Shown here: piece by piece, positions 18,672 to 28,758 of the stretch
Numbering within the stretch: position 1 is the first letter of the stretch
Layout: every line of letters begins with the position of its first letter
Source: a virus
Taxonomy: Duplodnaviria > Caudoviricetes
IMG/VR virus record: IMGVR_UViG_3300043726_000004
Coordinates: 1 to 64,000 of that record
Direction: 5' to 3' (one strand)
DNA length: 64,000 nucleotides
The notes under the pieces: generated by a model
What the model was told of the DNA's origin: nothing
What the model saw: the letters and a program-made list of their open reading frames with translations, nothing else
Database searches by the model: none
Position numbers and translations under genes: made by a program

Positions 18672-19243
18672 ACGTGGTATGGTCGTGCACGCATAGCCTT
18701 GGTGAGGATCGGACCGGTCAGGTCAACTCTGGCGTGCTGAGTTAGCACAGGGCGATGTCAGGTACGCGTAGGTATGTTTTGGTCAGGTAAGGAGTAGGCA
18801 GTGCAGGTCACGGCTGGCGAGGGTCGAGTGCGGTAAGGTGAGGAGGGGTGTGGACTGTTACGGCAAGCCGAGTCGGGGACGGATAAGGTCAAGTTAGGTG
18901 CGTTCCAGTCGGGTAAGGTCGTCCTAGCCATGACGCGGTTGGGTTCTGTTCGGTTCGCTCCGGCATTGTATGGTGTGGCGGCTCAGGACCGGTGTTGCTA
19001 GGCAAGCAACGGTACGGTGGGCTACGCTATAGCATGGTCCGTTCGGGCTCCGTATGGCAAGGCAGAATTGGCCTTGGTTCCCTAAGTTCAGGTATGGTCC
19101 GGCTGCGTTCCGCATGGGTCGGCTAGCTTCGGTATGGTCCGGACGCTGGGATGTGAATGTGAATGGTGGCGGTGTGTCTCGTTCGGCTCCGGGACCCGTG
19201 CTGCTGCTGCACAGCGTCGGCTGGCATAAATTTCTCTTTGCAC

Positions 19244-19274
19244 TTGATTTCCACCGGGGTCGGTGTTATATAAT
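19244..19274 (+). promoter_or_regulatory. repeated phage promoter
   Basis: TTGATTTCCACCGGGGTCGGTGTTATATAAT. Confidence 0.78.
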
Positions 19275-19304
19275 TAGGTATAGAAAGATAGAGGGAGGCG
19301 CTGA

Positions 19305-19766
19305 ATGACGCACCTGGCGCAGTGGCTTCAAGAGCAAGGGTGGCAACCGCCACGTAAGAACCACGAGGACTACGGAGGAACCAGGATTCACAACCACACG
19401 GAGTCCCTGATATGCCGCACGGTAACAAACGTCCCAAACGAAGGTGACGAGTGCGGCGGCGAAATCGAGGTCGAGTGGGAGACGCACTACCGAGTTCCGC
19501 AGCGTACCGGCCAGATGGTATGCATCAACTGTAACATCCTGGAATCCGCACTGGAGGTTACAGGGCCGGACACCTGTGAGTCGTTCGAAGGCGACAAAGT
19601 CGAGCACCGTTTCGAACCGGAATACGAAGAGGTCGACGAGGAATTCGAACTGATTTCGTACAAGACCTATTGCTGGCATCCTCTGACCAAGGAGCAAGCC
19701 ATGGAAATGCTGAACGACAAGGCAGTCGAATATGCTGAACGTCGCGCCGAACAGGGTAGAGTCTAA
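19305..19766 (+). CDS. hypothetical Cys-containing protein
   Basis: GGAGG RBS right after the promoter. Confidence 0.65.
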   Translation: MTHLAQWLQEQGWQPPRKNHEDYGGTRIHNHTESLICRTVTNVPNEGDECGGEIEVEWETHYRVPQRTGQMVCINCNILESALEVTGPDTCESFEGDKVEHRFEPEYEEVDEEFELISYKTYCWHPLTKEQAMEMLNDKAVEYAERRAEQGRV

Positions 19767-20712
19767 TCGGCCGCCGGACACACGAAGCTGGTGGCGAATC
19801 AAGCACCCGTTTCCATGGGTCATGATCGTCATCTTAGCCGCCGAGACTGTGTTCTTGGTGTGGCTATTCGCAATGCCCCCGTCCAAGGCAGAAGGCTGGA
19901 CGGAAGTAGGTAATGGTACGCGACTACTGTACGTTGACCTGCCTGACCACGTCAGATGTTATCGCAGGTACTACAGCAGCAACCTAGACTGCATTCAGGT
20001 AAAGGAGGAGACCCCATAAGTGTGACGAACGGCATCGATAAAGGCAACATACCGATAAGGGATGTTGCACGGGCTGCATTCATGGAGCGAGTCAAACGGG
20101 AGGTAGGCAACTATCTCGAGGAAGGCGCGCTTAGTGACGCTTCTGACGAAGTCGAAGTCGAGCGTGTTCGCACGTTCGAGAATAACCTCAAGGCAGCTCA
20201 GACGGTCGGCGAAATATTCAAGGCGTGTCGGGACGCGTCACATGACTATCCCACCACGGTTGGCGCCATAGTTCGTGCTCTTATTCCGGCAGGTATCCTG
20301 CGAGAGGACGAATTCGACGCGACTCCGAGTATGTATGAGTTCGACACCTAACCGAACACGGACAGTTAGGATCACGGACACTGAGATGAACAACCTGGAG
20401 GAACTGTATGCGCAGCTCCTCAACGGGACGTTCTACAACGACTACGACCTCAGCATGGAACTCATGGGGGCCCTAGGCCGTCTAGTCCGCACATTACGAG
20501 AGACGCCATCGATATATGCCGACGACTAAAACCGGTACCCAGGTGTACCTGACGTACGATGAAATGCGTGTAATCCGTGACGCCATCATGGGCTACGTCT
20601 GGGGCGAAAAAGAAACTGAGTTCTTGACCCAGACCCAGTGTGACGAACTGGACAAGAAGATCGAAGCCGCCCAGAATCGAGTTCTGGACAAGCGCACGGA
20701 GGAGCCTAAACA

Positions 20713-21504
20713 GTGACCATTAGCTCCAACGAGGCAAAGTACCAGCCCATGCCCCCGTTGACCGAGGACGAGTACGCCGCCCTCAAGGAGGACATTCGCG
20801 TCAACGGACTGACATATGCCATTCTGGTTGACGAGAACGGCAACGTGATCGACGGCCACCACCGGAAGCAGATCTGTGACGAGCTCGGGATTGCCCCGCG
20901 TTACGAACTGTGTGCTGGTCTGGACGAAGACGCCAAGTGGGATACGGCTCTACGCCTGAACAATAATCGACGGCACCTAACCAATGAGCAGAAACGTCAA
21001 CTAGTCCAAGCCGAGCTTCTTCGCAACCCGAACCGCTCCGATGCCAAGATTGCTGGTCTCATAGGCGTGAGCGGTATGATGGTCAACCGGCACCGCCGTG
21101 AGATGGCTGCGGCAGCTAAACAGGAAGCTGAAAAAGCCGAATGGTCGCCTCAGTACCGCCATGCCATCGAAGAGATGACGCGGCTGATGCACGAGCAAGT
21201 GCAGAGTTGGATCGCCCTCTGTAACTGCATTGCGGACATCGGGGAGCATTATCCGGACCAATTCGAAGAGGGTATGAGCGAAATCGGGATGGACGAGTAC
21301 GAAGCCTCCATGATAATCCATGAGATCGAGGGCACTGACTGGGATCGCTACCCTGGTCTGATGCGTGCGTACAAACGCATCCTGCCACTCCGTCAGCGTT
21401 TGACAAAGGGAATCACCTTTACCCACGAGACGGGTTGGAGCGACCACCCCACGCCCTTACACTACGACCCCGAGACCGACGATCTGGTGCCTGGGGCGGG
21501 ATAG
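20713..21504 (+). CDS. ParB/Srx N-terminal domain protein with HTH
   Basis: PPLTEDEYAALKEDIRVNG...IDGHHR...NNNRRHL...SDAKIAGLIGVS. Confidence 0.85.
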   Translation: MTISSNEAKYQPMPPLTEDEYAALKEDIRVNGLTYAILVDENGNVIDGHHRKQICDELGIAPRYELCAGLDEDAKWDTALRLNNNRRHLTNEQKRQLVQAELLRNPNRSDAKIAGLIGVSGMMVNRHRREMAAAAKQEAEKAEWSPQYRHAIEEMTRLMHEQVQSWIALCNCIADIGEHYPDQFEEGMSEIGMDEYEASMIIHEIEGTDWDRYPGLMRAYKRILPLRQRLTKGITFTHETGWSDHPTPLHYDPETDDLVPGAG

Positions 21505-21595
21505 GAGCGAAGATTTTGTGTCCACGCCCGCCTCTTGATTAGATCCTGGGTTGGTGTTATATAATTTGGTATCAACGCAGAAAGGACGCAGCACA

Positions 21596-21838
21596 TTGGC
21601 ACAGGCTCCAGCGCAGATTCCGGAAGCCCTTCAAGGGCGATTCCACACCGTCGTCACTATTCCTGAAAGGCAAACACGTACGGTGTATCGTCTGCCAGAA
21701 ACAGGCAAGACGTTCATCGGTGCCCAGAACAACGATACGGAGGTGTACCTTCACATCACGCCCAATGGTCGGGTTGAGATCAAGATCAAGCGCGACGGCG
21801 AATTTCTGGCCGACTTCTACGTCAAGGCCGAAGACTAA
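21596..21838 (+). CDS. hypothetical protein
   Basis: Promoter at about 21535-21565, AAAGGA RBS, TTG start. Confidence 0.55.
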   Translation: MAQAPAQIPEALQGRFHTVVTIPERQTRTVYRLPETGKTFIGAQNNDTEVYLHITPNGRVEIKIKRDGEFLADFYVKAED

Positions 21839-21855
21839 TCGAAAGGAGAGGGTGA

Positions 21856-23442
21856 ATGCAAGCCCTCGGAACAAACAACGAGCTGTTCCACGATGACACG
21901 TACGAGATCCCAATTGGGAACCTCGCACTGCTCATCCCGAAGCTGGAACGGCTGAATCGAAAGGCACAACGCCTAGGTACGGAGCCCGTTACATACGAGA
22001 TCCTCGACCGTATCACTCGTGAAGTGACGATCGACGATATCACCGGCTACAAGCGACGCATCGAGTTCGCAGTAGTCAGTGTCAAGGGCGAACGACCTCA
22101 ATTGGAGGGTTGGACGTTTGTCGCGACTCTCATGCATGCTGGCGAAGCTGGCACAATTATACGGGCAGTACCTGGTTTCGATGTACCTGTACAGTACCGA
22201 GACGCAACCCCCGAGTGGTGCGATCACTGCAAGCAGGTACGTCAGCGACGAGACACCTACGTCGTTTACAACGAAGCAGCGGGTTTCCGTCAAGTCGGCA
22301 AGAATTGCCTGCAGGACTTCTTGGGTGGGCAATCGCCCCAGTCGTTGGCGGCGCACTTCAACTGGCTTCTCGAGGTACGGCAACTGTTCCTAGGCGCCAC
22401 AGGTTGGCGTGAGCAGCAGATTTACTACCTGGACGAGTATCTCGGCTTCGTGGTTGCACAGATTGAGAAGCATGGGTGGGTGTCGAAGAAGAAGGCGATG
22501 GAAACTGCCGACAGCCAGGTGCCACTGAAAGCCACGGCGTACGAAGCCCTGCACATGATGCTCAACTGGCAGGACCTACGAGCACGTGCTCAGGAGTACC
22601 CGCTGACTGAGTGGTGGGTTCCAACGGACCCACATAAGACGAAGGCGCGGAACGCAATCGAGGCGGTCACCAAGTCGCTCGACGCGTACGAAGAGAAGGG
22701 TCTGGAACTGAACGACTACCAGCACAACGTGCACGTGGTCCTGAAGTCTCCAGCCTTTGAGTGGCGAGCGGCTGGCATTGCAGCCTCCATCATACCGTTC
22801 TACGATCGCCTGGTTGAAGAGGAACGGGCGAGAGCCAGCGGAGAGAAGAAGGACTCGCAGTTCCAAGGCGAAATCGGACGCCAAATCTACCGGAAGCTAA
22901 CGGTACTACGAAAGCACGTGCGCTATGTTGAGCAACAGGACAAAGACGCTAGTATCGTGGGATTCGTAGACGACGACCAGAACGAGTACGTCTGGTTTGC
23001 AAGTCGTCTGGTCGACGAGTGGGAAGAAGGGCAAGAGCTCTTCATCCGCGCCACGGTCAAGAACCACATGGCGTCAAGAATCGGTATCAATCAAACGGTT
23101 CTGACCTACGTCCGCGAAGTCAGCGAGCCCGAATACCGTGCAGCAACACAGCCGCGACTGACACCGGCGCCAAGTACAGTCGCAAGGGCAGCAATTGGAC
23201 AACTGCCGCCTAACCTGCAGCAGCAATTCCAAGCACGGCCAACACGTGAAGCACCCACGTCAGGAACTACAGACTCGTGGGTGACGCTGTATCGGTCGCT
23301 GGACATCTACGACGAGATCAAGAACCAGCCGATATCACGCCAAGCGCGTGCACTCAAGGCACGAGGCTACAACACGGCGACGATCGCCAAGATGCTGCAG
23401 AAGTCCTACCAGCAAATCTACCAGGCAGTGGGCAAGTCCTAA
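21856..23442 (+). CDS. multidomain phage protein (CxxC zinc site, OB-like region, C-terminal HTH)
   Basis: WCDHC...RRDTY...QVGKNCLQDF; C-terminal IAKMLQKSYQQIYQ. Confidence 0.7.
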   Translation: MQALGTNNELFHDDTYEIPIGNLALLIPKLERLNRKAQRLGTEPVTYEILDRITREVTIDDITGYKRRIEFAVVSVKGERPQLEGWTFVATLMHAGEAGTIIRAVPGFDVPVQYRDATPEWCDHCKQVRQRRDTYVVYNEAAGFRQVGKNCLQDFLGGQSPQSLAAHFNWLLEVRQLFLGATGWREQQIYYLDEYLGFVVAQIEKHGWVSKKKAMETADSQVPLKATAYEALHMMLNWQDLRARAQEYPLTEWWVPTDPHKTKARNAIEAVTKSLDAYEEKGLELNDYQHNVHVVLKSPAFEWRAAGIAASIIPFYDRLVEEERARASGEKKDSQFQGEIGRQIYRKLTVLRKHVRYVEQQDKDASIVGFVDDDQNEYVWFASRLVDEWEEGQELFIRATVKNHMASRIGINQTVLTYVREVSEPEYRAATQPRLTPAPSTVARAAIGQLPPNLQQQFQARPTREAPTSGTTDSWVTLYRSLDIYDEIKNQPISRQARALKARGYNTATIAKMLQKSYQQIYQAVGKS

Positions 23443-23454
23443 CAAAGAGGGAAT

Positions 23455-23685
23455 ATGCCAACAGTAACAGCTGAAATCGATCGCACGCTACAGCCGTGCG
23501 AGCATTGTGGCAAGGCCGTTGCGAGTCGCTTCACTAAGGAGTGTGCTGACTGTGGCGGTGAGATGCACGTCTGTAGCGATTGCCTGCAGGATAACGTCCG
23601 TACCGTTCACGATAACTGTCCCGAGGACACGGAACCCGAAGAAGACGAGGACGAGGACGAGGAGGAAGACGACGACGAGGAGTAG
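23455..23685 (+). CDS. small zinc-finger protein with acidic tail
   Basis: Three CxxC motifs plus an E/D tail. Confidence 0.6.
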   Translation: MPTVTAEIDRTLQPCEHCGKAVASRFTKECADCGGEMHVCSDCLQDNVRTVHDNCPEDTEPEEDEDEDEEEDDDEE

Positions 23686-24254
23686 TGACGAGGAACGAGA
23701 CCCGAACATCGGCCTGCAAGAGGATCGATGCCCTGTAGACGGTCTGACCTCATATCATAACTCCTGGTGGTGTTCCCTCCTCAGGCAGTACCCCGGATTT
23801 GAGAAGCTGGTGGAGGAGTTCGAGCTGCTGCTCGACTCCTTCGTGTCGAGTGAGCTGGACCACATCGAAGACCCGGACTATGACGCAGTCGATCGTCATA
23901 CGATTGGTATGGTGCAGCGCGATGCTGAGTCACGTCGTAAAGGCTATAGAGAGGCGCTTCTGAGTCTGGTCCTATGTGTGGAAACCCGTACTCCGTAAAG
24001 TTCCACTACCCGACGTGTCCTCAGTGTCGGAAGCACAAGATCCTGTCACCGAAGCACATTCAGTGTCGGCATTGTCGAGCGCGTCGCAACGGCCGAAAAG
24101 GCTTGGAGGCTATACGGCAACGACAAGCCGCAAAGGGCCCGGAGACCGAGCGCGCGTGAAATCCGTTTGGACCGTAGTCTCAATCTTGCTGTTCGTCGCA
24201 ATGTTCGGAGCGATAATCTGGTTTGCGGCACTAAGTTACACGCACTGAGGTCAT

Positions 24255-24530
24255 ATGGCCAAACTCTCAGACATGATCGGACCGCATTTGATGCGAGCCA
24301 TACTGATGGGTGAACCGCTAGTAGGCAGAACAGTCGTCGTAAGACTCGACACTGGAAAGGAGGGGGAAGAGGAAGACGTGAATTATCCACCGACGCAGGA
24401 AGTCAGGTTTAGGGTTGAACAACAACAGCACAGGGAGCTCGTTGGTGCTATCAACGCGCATACAGAAGCCCTGAAAATCCTGGCCGATGTCCTTCGTGAA
24501 CTGATGGACAAAATCGAAGCCAGGACGTGA
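24255..24530 (+). CDS. hypothetical protein
   Basis: GAGGT RBS; coding-like composition. Confidence 0.5.
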   Translation: MAKLSDMIGPHLMRAILMGEPLVGRTVVVRLDTGKEGEEEDVNYPPTQEVRFRVEQQQHRELVGAINAHTEALKILADVLRELMDKIEART

Positions 24531-24621
24531 ACCAAGTCGACGTAATCGGCTGGATTGTCACCATCGTTCTTCTGGTGGGTTTAGCCGTGTTCATGTACTG
24601 GCGCGGAAAGGGAATCCGACG

Positions 24622-24924
24622 ATGACCTCACCCAACAAGAACGAGCCCTGGACGACAAGAGACGAACAAGACTACCGATTCCTATCCGATGTGGCAGACG
24701 AGATAGAACGGGCACGACAAAAGTTCCCGTCATCCAATCTGGTCCTTGCAGCAGCGACGGAGGAGCTGGGTGAAACATCCCACGCTATGTTGCTGCATGC
24801 GGCGGGAAAGGGTCCGATTGAGGACATTTGGAAGGAAGCGGTACAACTGGCAGCAATGGCGATGCGAATCGCTACGGAGGGCGACCCCTCCTTCGAAGTG
24901 CTGCCATACACCGAACCAGGGTAG
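24622..24924 (+). CDS. MazG-like all-alpha nucleotide pyrophosphohydrolase
   Basis: EIERARQKF...EELGE...KEAVQLAAMA pattern. Confidence 0.7.
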   Translation: MTSPNKNEPWTTRDEQDYRFLSDVADEIERARQKFPSSNLVLAAATEELGETSHAMLLHAAGKGPIEDIWKEAVQLAAMAMRIATEGDPSFEVLPYTEPG

Positions 24925-25127
24925 TGGCCAAAATAGAGTGGCATCCACGATTGATCGACGGAAAGTTCCAAGTCATCGTCAGAATGAACGGACACACCAA
25001 TGGTGTTCTGGTATTCGAACGTGAGGACTATGAACTGTTCATGGCCATGATGGGCCTACTGAAAGGGAGGCGAGAATTCACAGGCGGCCACGAGGTGGTC
25101 GTATGCACAGAGGATCGAGTGAGCAAC

Positions 25128-26115
25128 GGTAGGGGTCCGGCAGGCCTGGGACAGGTTCGCTGACGTGTGCCTGGGCAGTGCTATGGGCTGGCATTGTGAG
25201 CTTGGCTGGTCAAAGGTTTTGTATGGTGCGGGCTAGCCTTGGCTTTCTGTGGCCGGAAGCGGTTGGCGCTTGGCTGGGCTTGGTAAGGTACGCACTTGCC
25301 CAGGTGGCGTCCGGACCGGTGGGTTTCGGTGGGTCAAGCAACGGTTCCGTCTCGCTTGGTGTGGTATGGTGTAGACGGGCTTCGGTGCGAAGGGGTAGGT
25401 TGGGCAAAGCCACGGCACTGCACGGTGTGATCAGGTAGGCAGAATGTGGTGGGGCGATCCGTGGAGGGGCGTTGTGGGCAAAGGCACGCAATGCTGATGA
25501 GCGGTGGTCCTTGGACTGGTATGGTAAGGAGGTCCGAGCTAGTGCTTGGAATGCTCGGGCGATGTATGGTTCGTCCTGGTTTTATGAGGTATGCAATGCC
25601 CCGGTCGGGTCCGAAACTCACGGGTTAGGTCGGTTGGGGTCCGGAAAGGTGGGGATCGCTAAGCCATGACTCGGTTCTACCGGGCATGGTGTGTCGTGGC
25701 GATGTGCGGTGTGGATAGCCAGGGACCGGTAAGGCTTGGCTGGGTACGCAATGTTGCGGCAAGGCAAGGTGAGCTCACATACGGAGGGGTAAGACAAGCT
25801 AGGGTGGGGTTAGTTACGGATCCGTGCGGTCAGGCGGTGCAGTCTTGGCTAAGGTGCGATTCGGTTGAGTAAGGACGTGTTAGCTCCGGCAAGGTCAGGT
25901 CGAGGCCCGGTATGGTTGGCGATAGGTATGGTGTGCAAGGGCGGGGCAGCGTGTGGTTCGGGCTCGGTTCGCTAGTGAATGGATGGCATTGGTCAGGCAC
26001 TGCTTGGTGTGACAGGGTGCGGCCTGAAGTGGCTAGGTTAGATGCCGTCTGGTAGAGCCCGGTCGGGTATGGCTTTCATTGGCAGGACTGGACGTGGTTT
26101 GGCAGGGCAGGATCA
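25128..26115 (+). repeat. second (orphan) GGY-NN pentamer tract
   Basis: 24 in-phase pentamers at 25991-26110: GGT CA GGC AC TGC TT GGT GT GAC AG GGT GC GGC CT ... GGT TT GGC AG GGC AG. Confidence 0.85.
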
Positions 26116-26188
26116 ATTCCAAATCGCCTACTTGACAACCCGTAGGGTCGATATACTATAATTATCATAGACGTAGAGGAGGTCAAAA

Positions 26189-26518
26189 ATGGCAGGAGGA
26201 ATAATCCTTCCGGACGGTAGGCGACGGGCCGATGCTATCCGCGAAGATTACGCCGCCAACATGAGAAGGAGTGACATCGCCCGTAAGTACGGCGTTGCAT
26301 TCCAGATCGTGTACCAGGCCACGCGTGATATGGGATCGCACGAAGGTGGAGGTCGTCTGCCGAGTCAATCCGGAGGAGTAGCCGTGACTAGCGCGAGACG
26401 GACAACTCCCCCAAGGTTCGTCCCGTCGCTCACGGTCAAAGCTGACGGCGGGTTCCATGAACCGGAATTCGTCGAAGAGATCAGCCCAGTAGAGGAGGAT
26501 TTGTTCCCCCCAAGCTAG
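26189..26518 (+). CDS. HTH DNA-binding protein
   Basis: TTGACA promoter at about 26132, GAGGAGGT RBS; RRSDIARKYGVAFQIVYQ. Confidence 0.7.
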   Translation: MAGGIILPDGRRRADAIREDYAANMRRSDIARKYGVAFQIVYQATRDMGSHEGGGRLPSQSGGVAVTSARRTTPPRFVPSLTVKADGGFHEPEFVEEISPVEEDLFPPS

Positions 26519-26543
26519 TACCCCCACTAGCCGGGAACTCACC

Positions 26544-27188
26544 ATGGACTCAGCAACTACACCAACATCACCTCCCGTGAGAAGTGTAGAGGCCCCATCG
26601 GCGCCTACAACGCCGTCCTTTCTGACGCTCGTCTGTCAGCGGAGGCAGGTGGTGCCCAGCGCTCTGCCTGCCTTACTCCTTGCAGTCGACCCAGGAGAGA
26701 CTACGGGTTGGTGTGTATTTGAATACGGAAGACTGACACAAGCGGGGCAATGTCCTGGGGACCCGGTACACCTCGACGGGCTAATCACGAGACTAAACCC
26801 GGACATCATTGTCTGCGAAGAATATCGCATCTACGGTTGGAAGGCCAAGAGGCACGCGTGGTCGGATGTGCCGACCCTAAGGTTGATCGGTGGGATACAA
26901 ATGATTTGTACCCAACGCAACATCCCAATGGTCCTCCAAGGAGCACAGCAAGCCAAGGGCTTCTCCAAGGACGACAAACTAAGGGCATGGGGTCTATATC
27001 AGGTCGGTAAACGTCACGCGAACGATTCCATCCGGCACGCCACTTACTACCTTCTTTTTGGGTATAAGAACGCTCAGAATGGAGTTCCAATCCGCCGTGA
27101 CGTCGGACCCAACACTGCCACAGCAGAACCCCGTCCAAACGGGGCGCCTGCTGCCACCAGCAACACTGGTACAGATACCGACTCCTGA
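26544..27188 (+). CDS. RuvC-like Holliday junction resolvase
   Basis: LAVDPGETTGW, IVCEE and HANDSIRH RNase H-fold catalytic motifs. Confidence 0.8.
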   Translation: MDSATTPTSPPVRSVEAPSAPTTPSFLTLVCQRRQVVPSALPALLLAVDPGETTGWCVFEYGRLTQAGQCPGDPVHLDGLITRLNPDIIVCEEYRIYGWKAKRHAWSDVPTLRLIGGIQMICTQRNIPMVLQGAQQAKGFSKDDKLRAWGLYQVGKRHANDSIRHATYYLLFGYKNAQNGVPIRRDVGPNTATAEPRPNGAPAATSNTGTDTDS

Positions 27189-27428
27189 CAGCGCGGCCAT
27201 TATGCCACGCTACAAGGCTTTGTTCAACACTACCTGGCTGCTTTCAATCTGCCATATGGATCACCTGTGGACGAATGATGGCACCATTGATAACCTGAGC
27301 AAGCTAAACCTCTACCTTGACAACGCGGACCTGACACGTTGTCACCAGGTACGTCAATTGTTGCTCAGGGTCTCGCAGAGGAACCAAACTCCTCGACCTG
27401 AAGTGATTGACGGGATTCACATAAGGAC

Positions 27429-28235
27429 ATGGGTTGGGCCATTGATGCCCTCAACCGAATTCGCGCTGCGCGAAACCTTAGACCGGGCAACGAGACTAGG
27501 CGCGCAGTTCAGGGAAGAGGGCCAGAAACTGAAGTACCAAACGGATCAGGGGTATTGGACAGCATGGGTGAAGATTCCACATCCAGGGAGATCGATGATC
27601 AACGACTGGGATCACACGATGATGTGGAACGCATGGTGGAAGGAGGATCCGAAGGAAGCGGAAGCACACAGTTGGTGGTTGTGGATAGTGTCAGGGAGCA
27701 TGAAGGGCTTATTCAAGGAACGGCCGTAGACGAACCGGCGGCCATCGCTGCCCTGCCGAGGGACAAGCGTGGCTATCCTATTCCCTACATCGCTGTCCGT
27801 GACGCGGACGGTCAAGGGACACCGGATTTCCGAACGATAGACGAAGAACATTGGAACGAGTGCGCCATTGAGCGCCTATGTGAGGTTTGCGGAACCAAAC
27901 TCGGGTACTGGATCGTGTTCATCGGTGGTGAAATTGCATGCACAAACAGGCGTTTCCTGGATCCGCCGATGCACAGAGAATGTGCTGAGTACGCTCGTGC
28001 AATATGTCCGTACTTGGCAACGCCAGGTTTCGTGTACAGCCGTAAGTCAGCACCCGAAGGCTACGTCAATCTCCCGTTCGTGTCGGCCGAAAGGCCGGAC
28101 CAAATGTTCATGTACGTAACTCGTACCTACGACATCGTCGCTGAGGAACTAAAGCGTACAAACCCGCTCTATCCCCGGAAGGAGGTCTACCTATTCCGTC
28201 CAGCTCCCGCCAAAGAACTTATACCCTTTCCCTGA
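27429..28235 (+). CDS. phage hypothetical zinc-binding protein (true start probably near 27726)
   Basis: RGYPIPY...PDFR...LCEVCG...DPPMHRECAEYA..ICPYL; the N-terminal part overlaps the previous ORF. Confidence 0.55.
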   Translation: MGWAIDALNRIRAARNLRPGNETRRAVQGRGPETEVPNGSGVLDSMGEDSTSREIDDQRLGSHDDVERMVEGGSEGSGSTQLVVVDSVREHEGLIQGTAVDEPAAIAALPRDKRGYPIPYIAVRDADGQGTPDFRTIDEEHWNECAIERLCEVCGTKLGYWIVFIGGEIACTNRRFLDPPMHRECAEYARAICPYLATPGFVYSRKSAPEGYVNLPFVSAERPDQMFMYVTRTYDIVAEELKRTNPLYPRKEVYLFRPAPAKELIPFP

Positions 28236-28258
28236 TACTCTACCGTCACCCACCCACC

Positions 28259-28444
28259 ATGCCACTATCCAAATCCGGTAACAAGATGCTGTCCTCGTTT
28301 CGTGGCAGATACGGCCAAAAGCTGGGCACCCAGCGGTTCTATGCCACTGCCAACAAACTAGGCATCCGAACGAAAGTCGATCCCGGTGCGAAAGGTCGAC
28401 TGAACAAACATGGACGAAGAGTGCGAAGGAGGTCAAAGTCGTGA
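28259..28444 (+). CDS. small basic K/R-rich protein
   Basis: 61 aa, strongly basic; stop overlaps the next start (GTGA). Confidence 0.55.
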   Translation: MPLSKSGNKMLSSFRGRYGQKLGTQRFYATANKLGIRTKVDPGAKGRLNKHGRRVRRRSKS

Positions 28445-28758
28445 TCTCCATCGCCCAACGACGCAAAATCCACCCCAGCAAGTTCGTCTACCCACCGACG
28501 AAAACACGCGCTGGCCGCTATCCGATTGACACACCGAAGCGTGCCAGAGCTGCTCTCCGCTACTCCGCACAACCAAGAACGTTTGGGACGTACGCGACTG
28601 TTGCGCGTGCAGTGCGAAAGCGTTACGGGAATACCATCAAGTCCGTCGCGAAGAAGGGCGGCGACTTGAAGGCTCCTAGTGGCAAGCGTGCCAACATCTC
28701 TCGACCGACTAAGGGTCCAGCACGTTACGGCAGAAAAGCGGCACGTGGCCGCAGGTAG
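28441..28758 (+). CDS. small basic protein (DUF6582-like)
   Basis: GGAGG RBS; FVYP...RYPIDT...ARAAL motif. Confidence 0.55.
   Translation: MISIAQRRKIHPSKFVYPPTKTRAGRYPIDTPKRARAALRYSAQPRTFGTYATVARAVRKRYGNTIKSVAKKGGDLKAPSGKRANISRPTKGPARYGRKAARGRR

Larger units (their letters stand above)
16039..19226 (+). repeat. array of phased GGY-NN pentamers, probable guide-RNA array
   Basis: 5-nt periodicity starts 7 nt after the RAMP stop, e.g. 16362 GGT AC GGT CC GGC AC GGA TG GGC AC CGT AA GGT GA; G/T-rich, no credible long ORFs; interrupted by A-rich linkers. Confidence 0.85.

Noticed and set aside
16039-19226. Canonical CRISPR array beside the Cas7-like gene
   Set aside because: No identical 25-40 bp direct repeats with unique spacers; the structure is pentamer periodicity with short degenerate linkers.
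16173-19308. Many 60-160 aa ORFs on both strands in the G/T-rich tract, and likewise at 25178-25872
   Set aside because: G/R/V/W/C-rich or P/T/R-rich translations expected from a GGYNN repeat, with no consistent frame or RBS. Only 17734-17964 was kept.
15057-26115. Self-targeting of the repeated promoter by decoded NN strings
   Set aside because: A by-eye comparison of three decoded units with the promoter consensus, assuming one skipped base, showed no match. The check was not exhaustive and needs computing.
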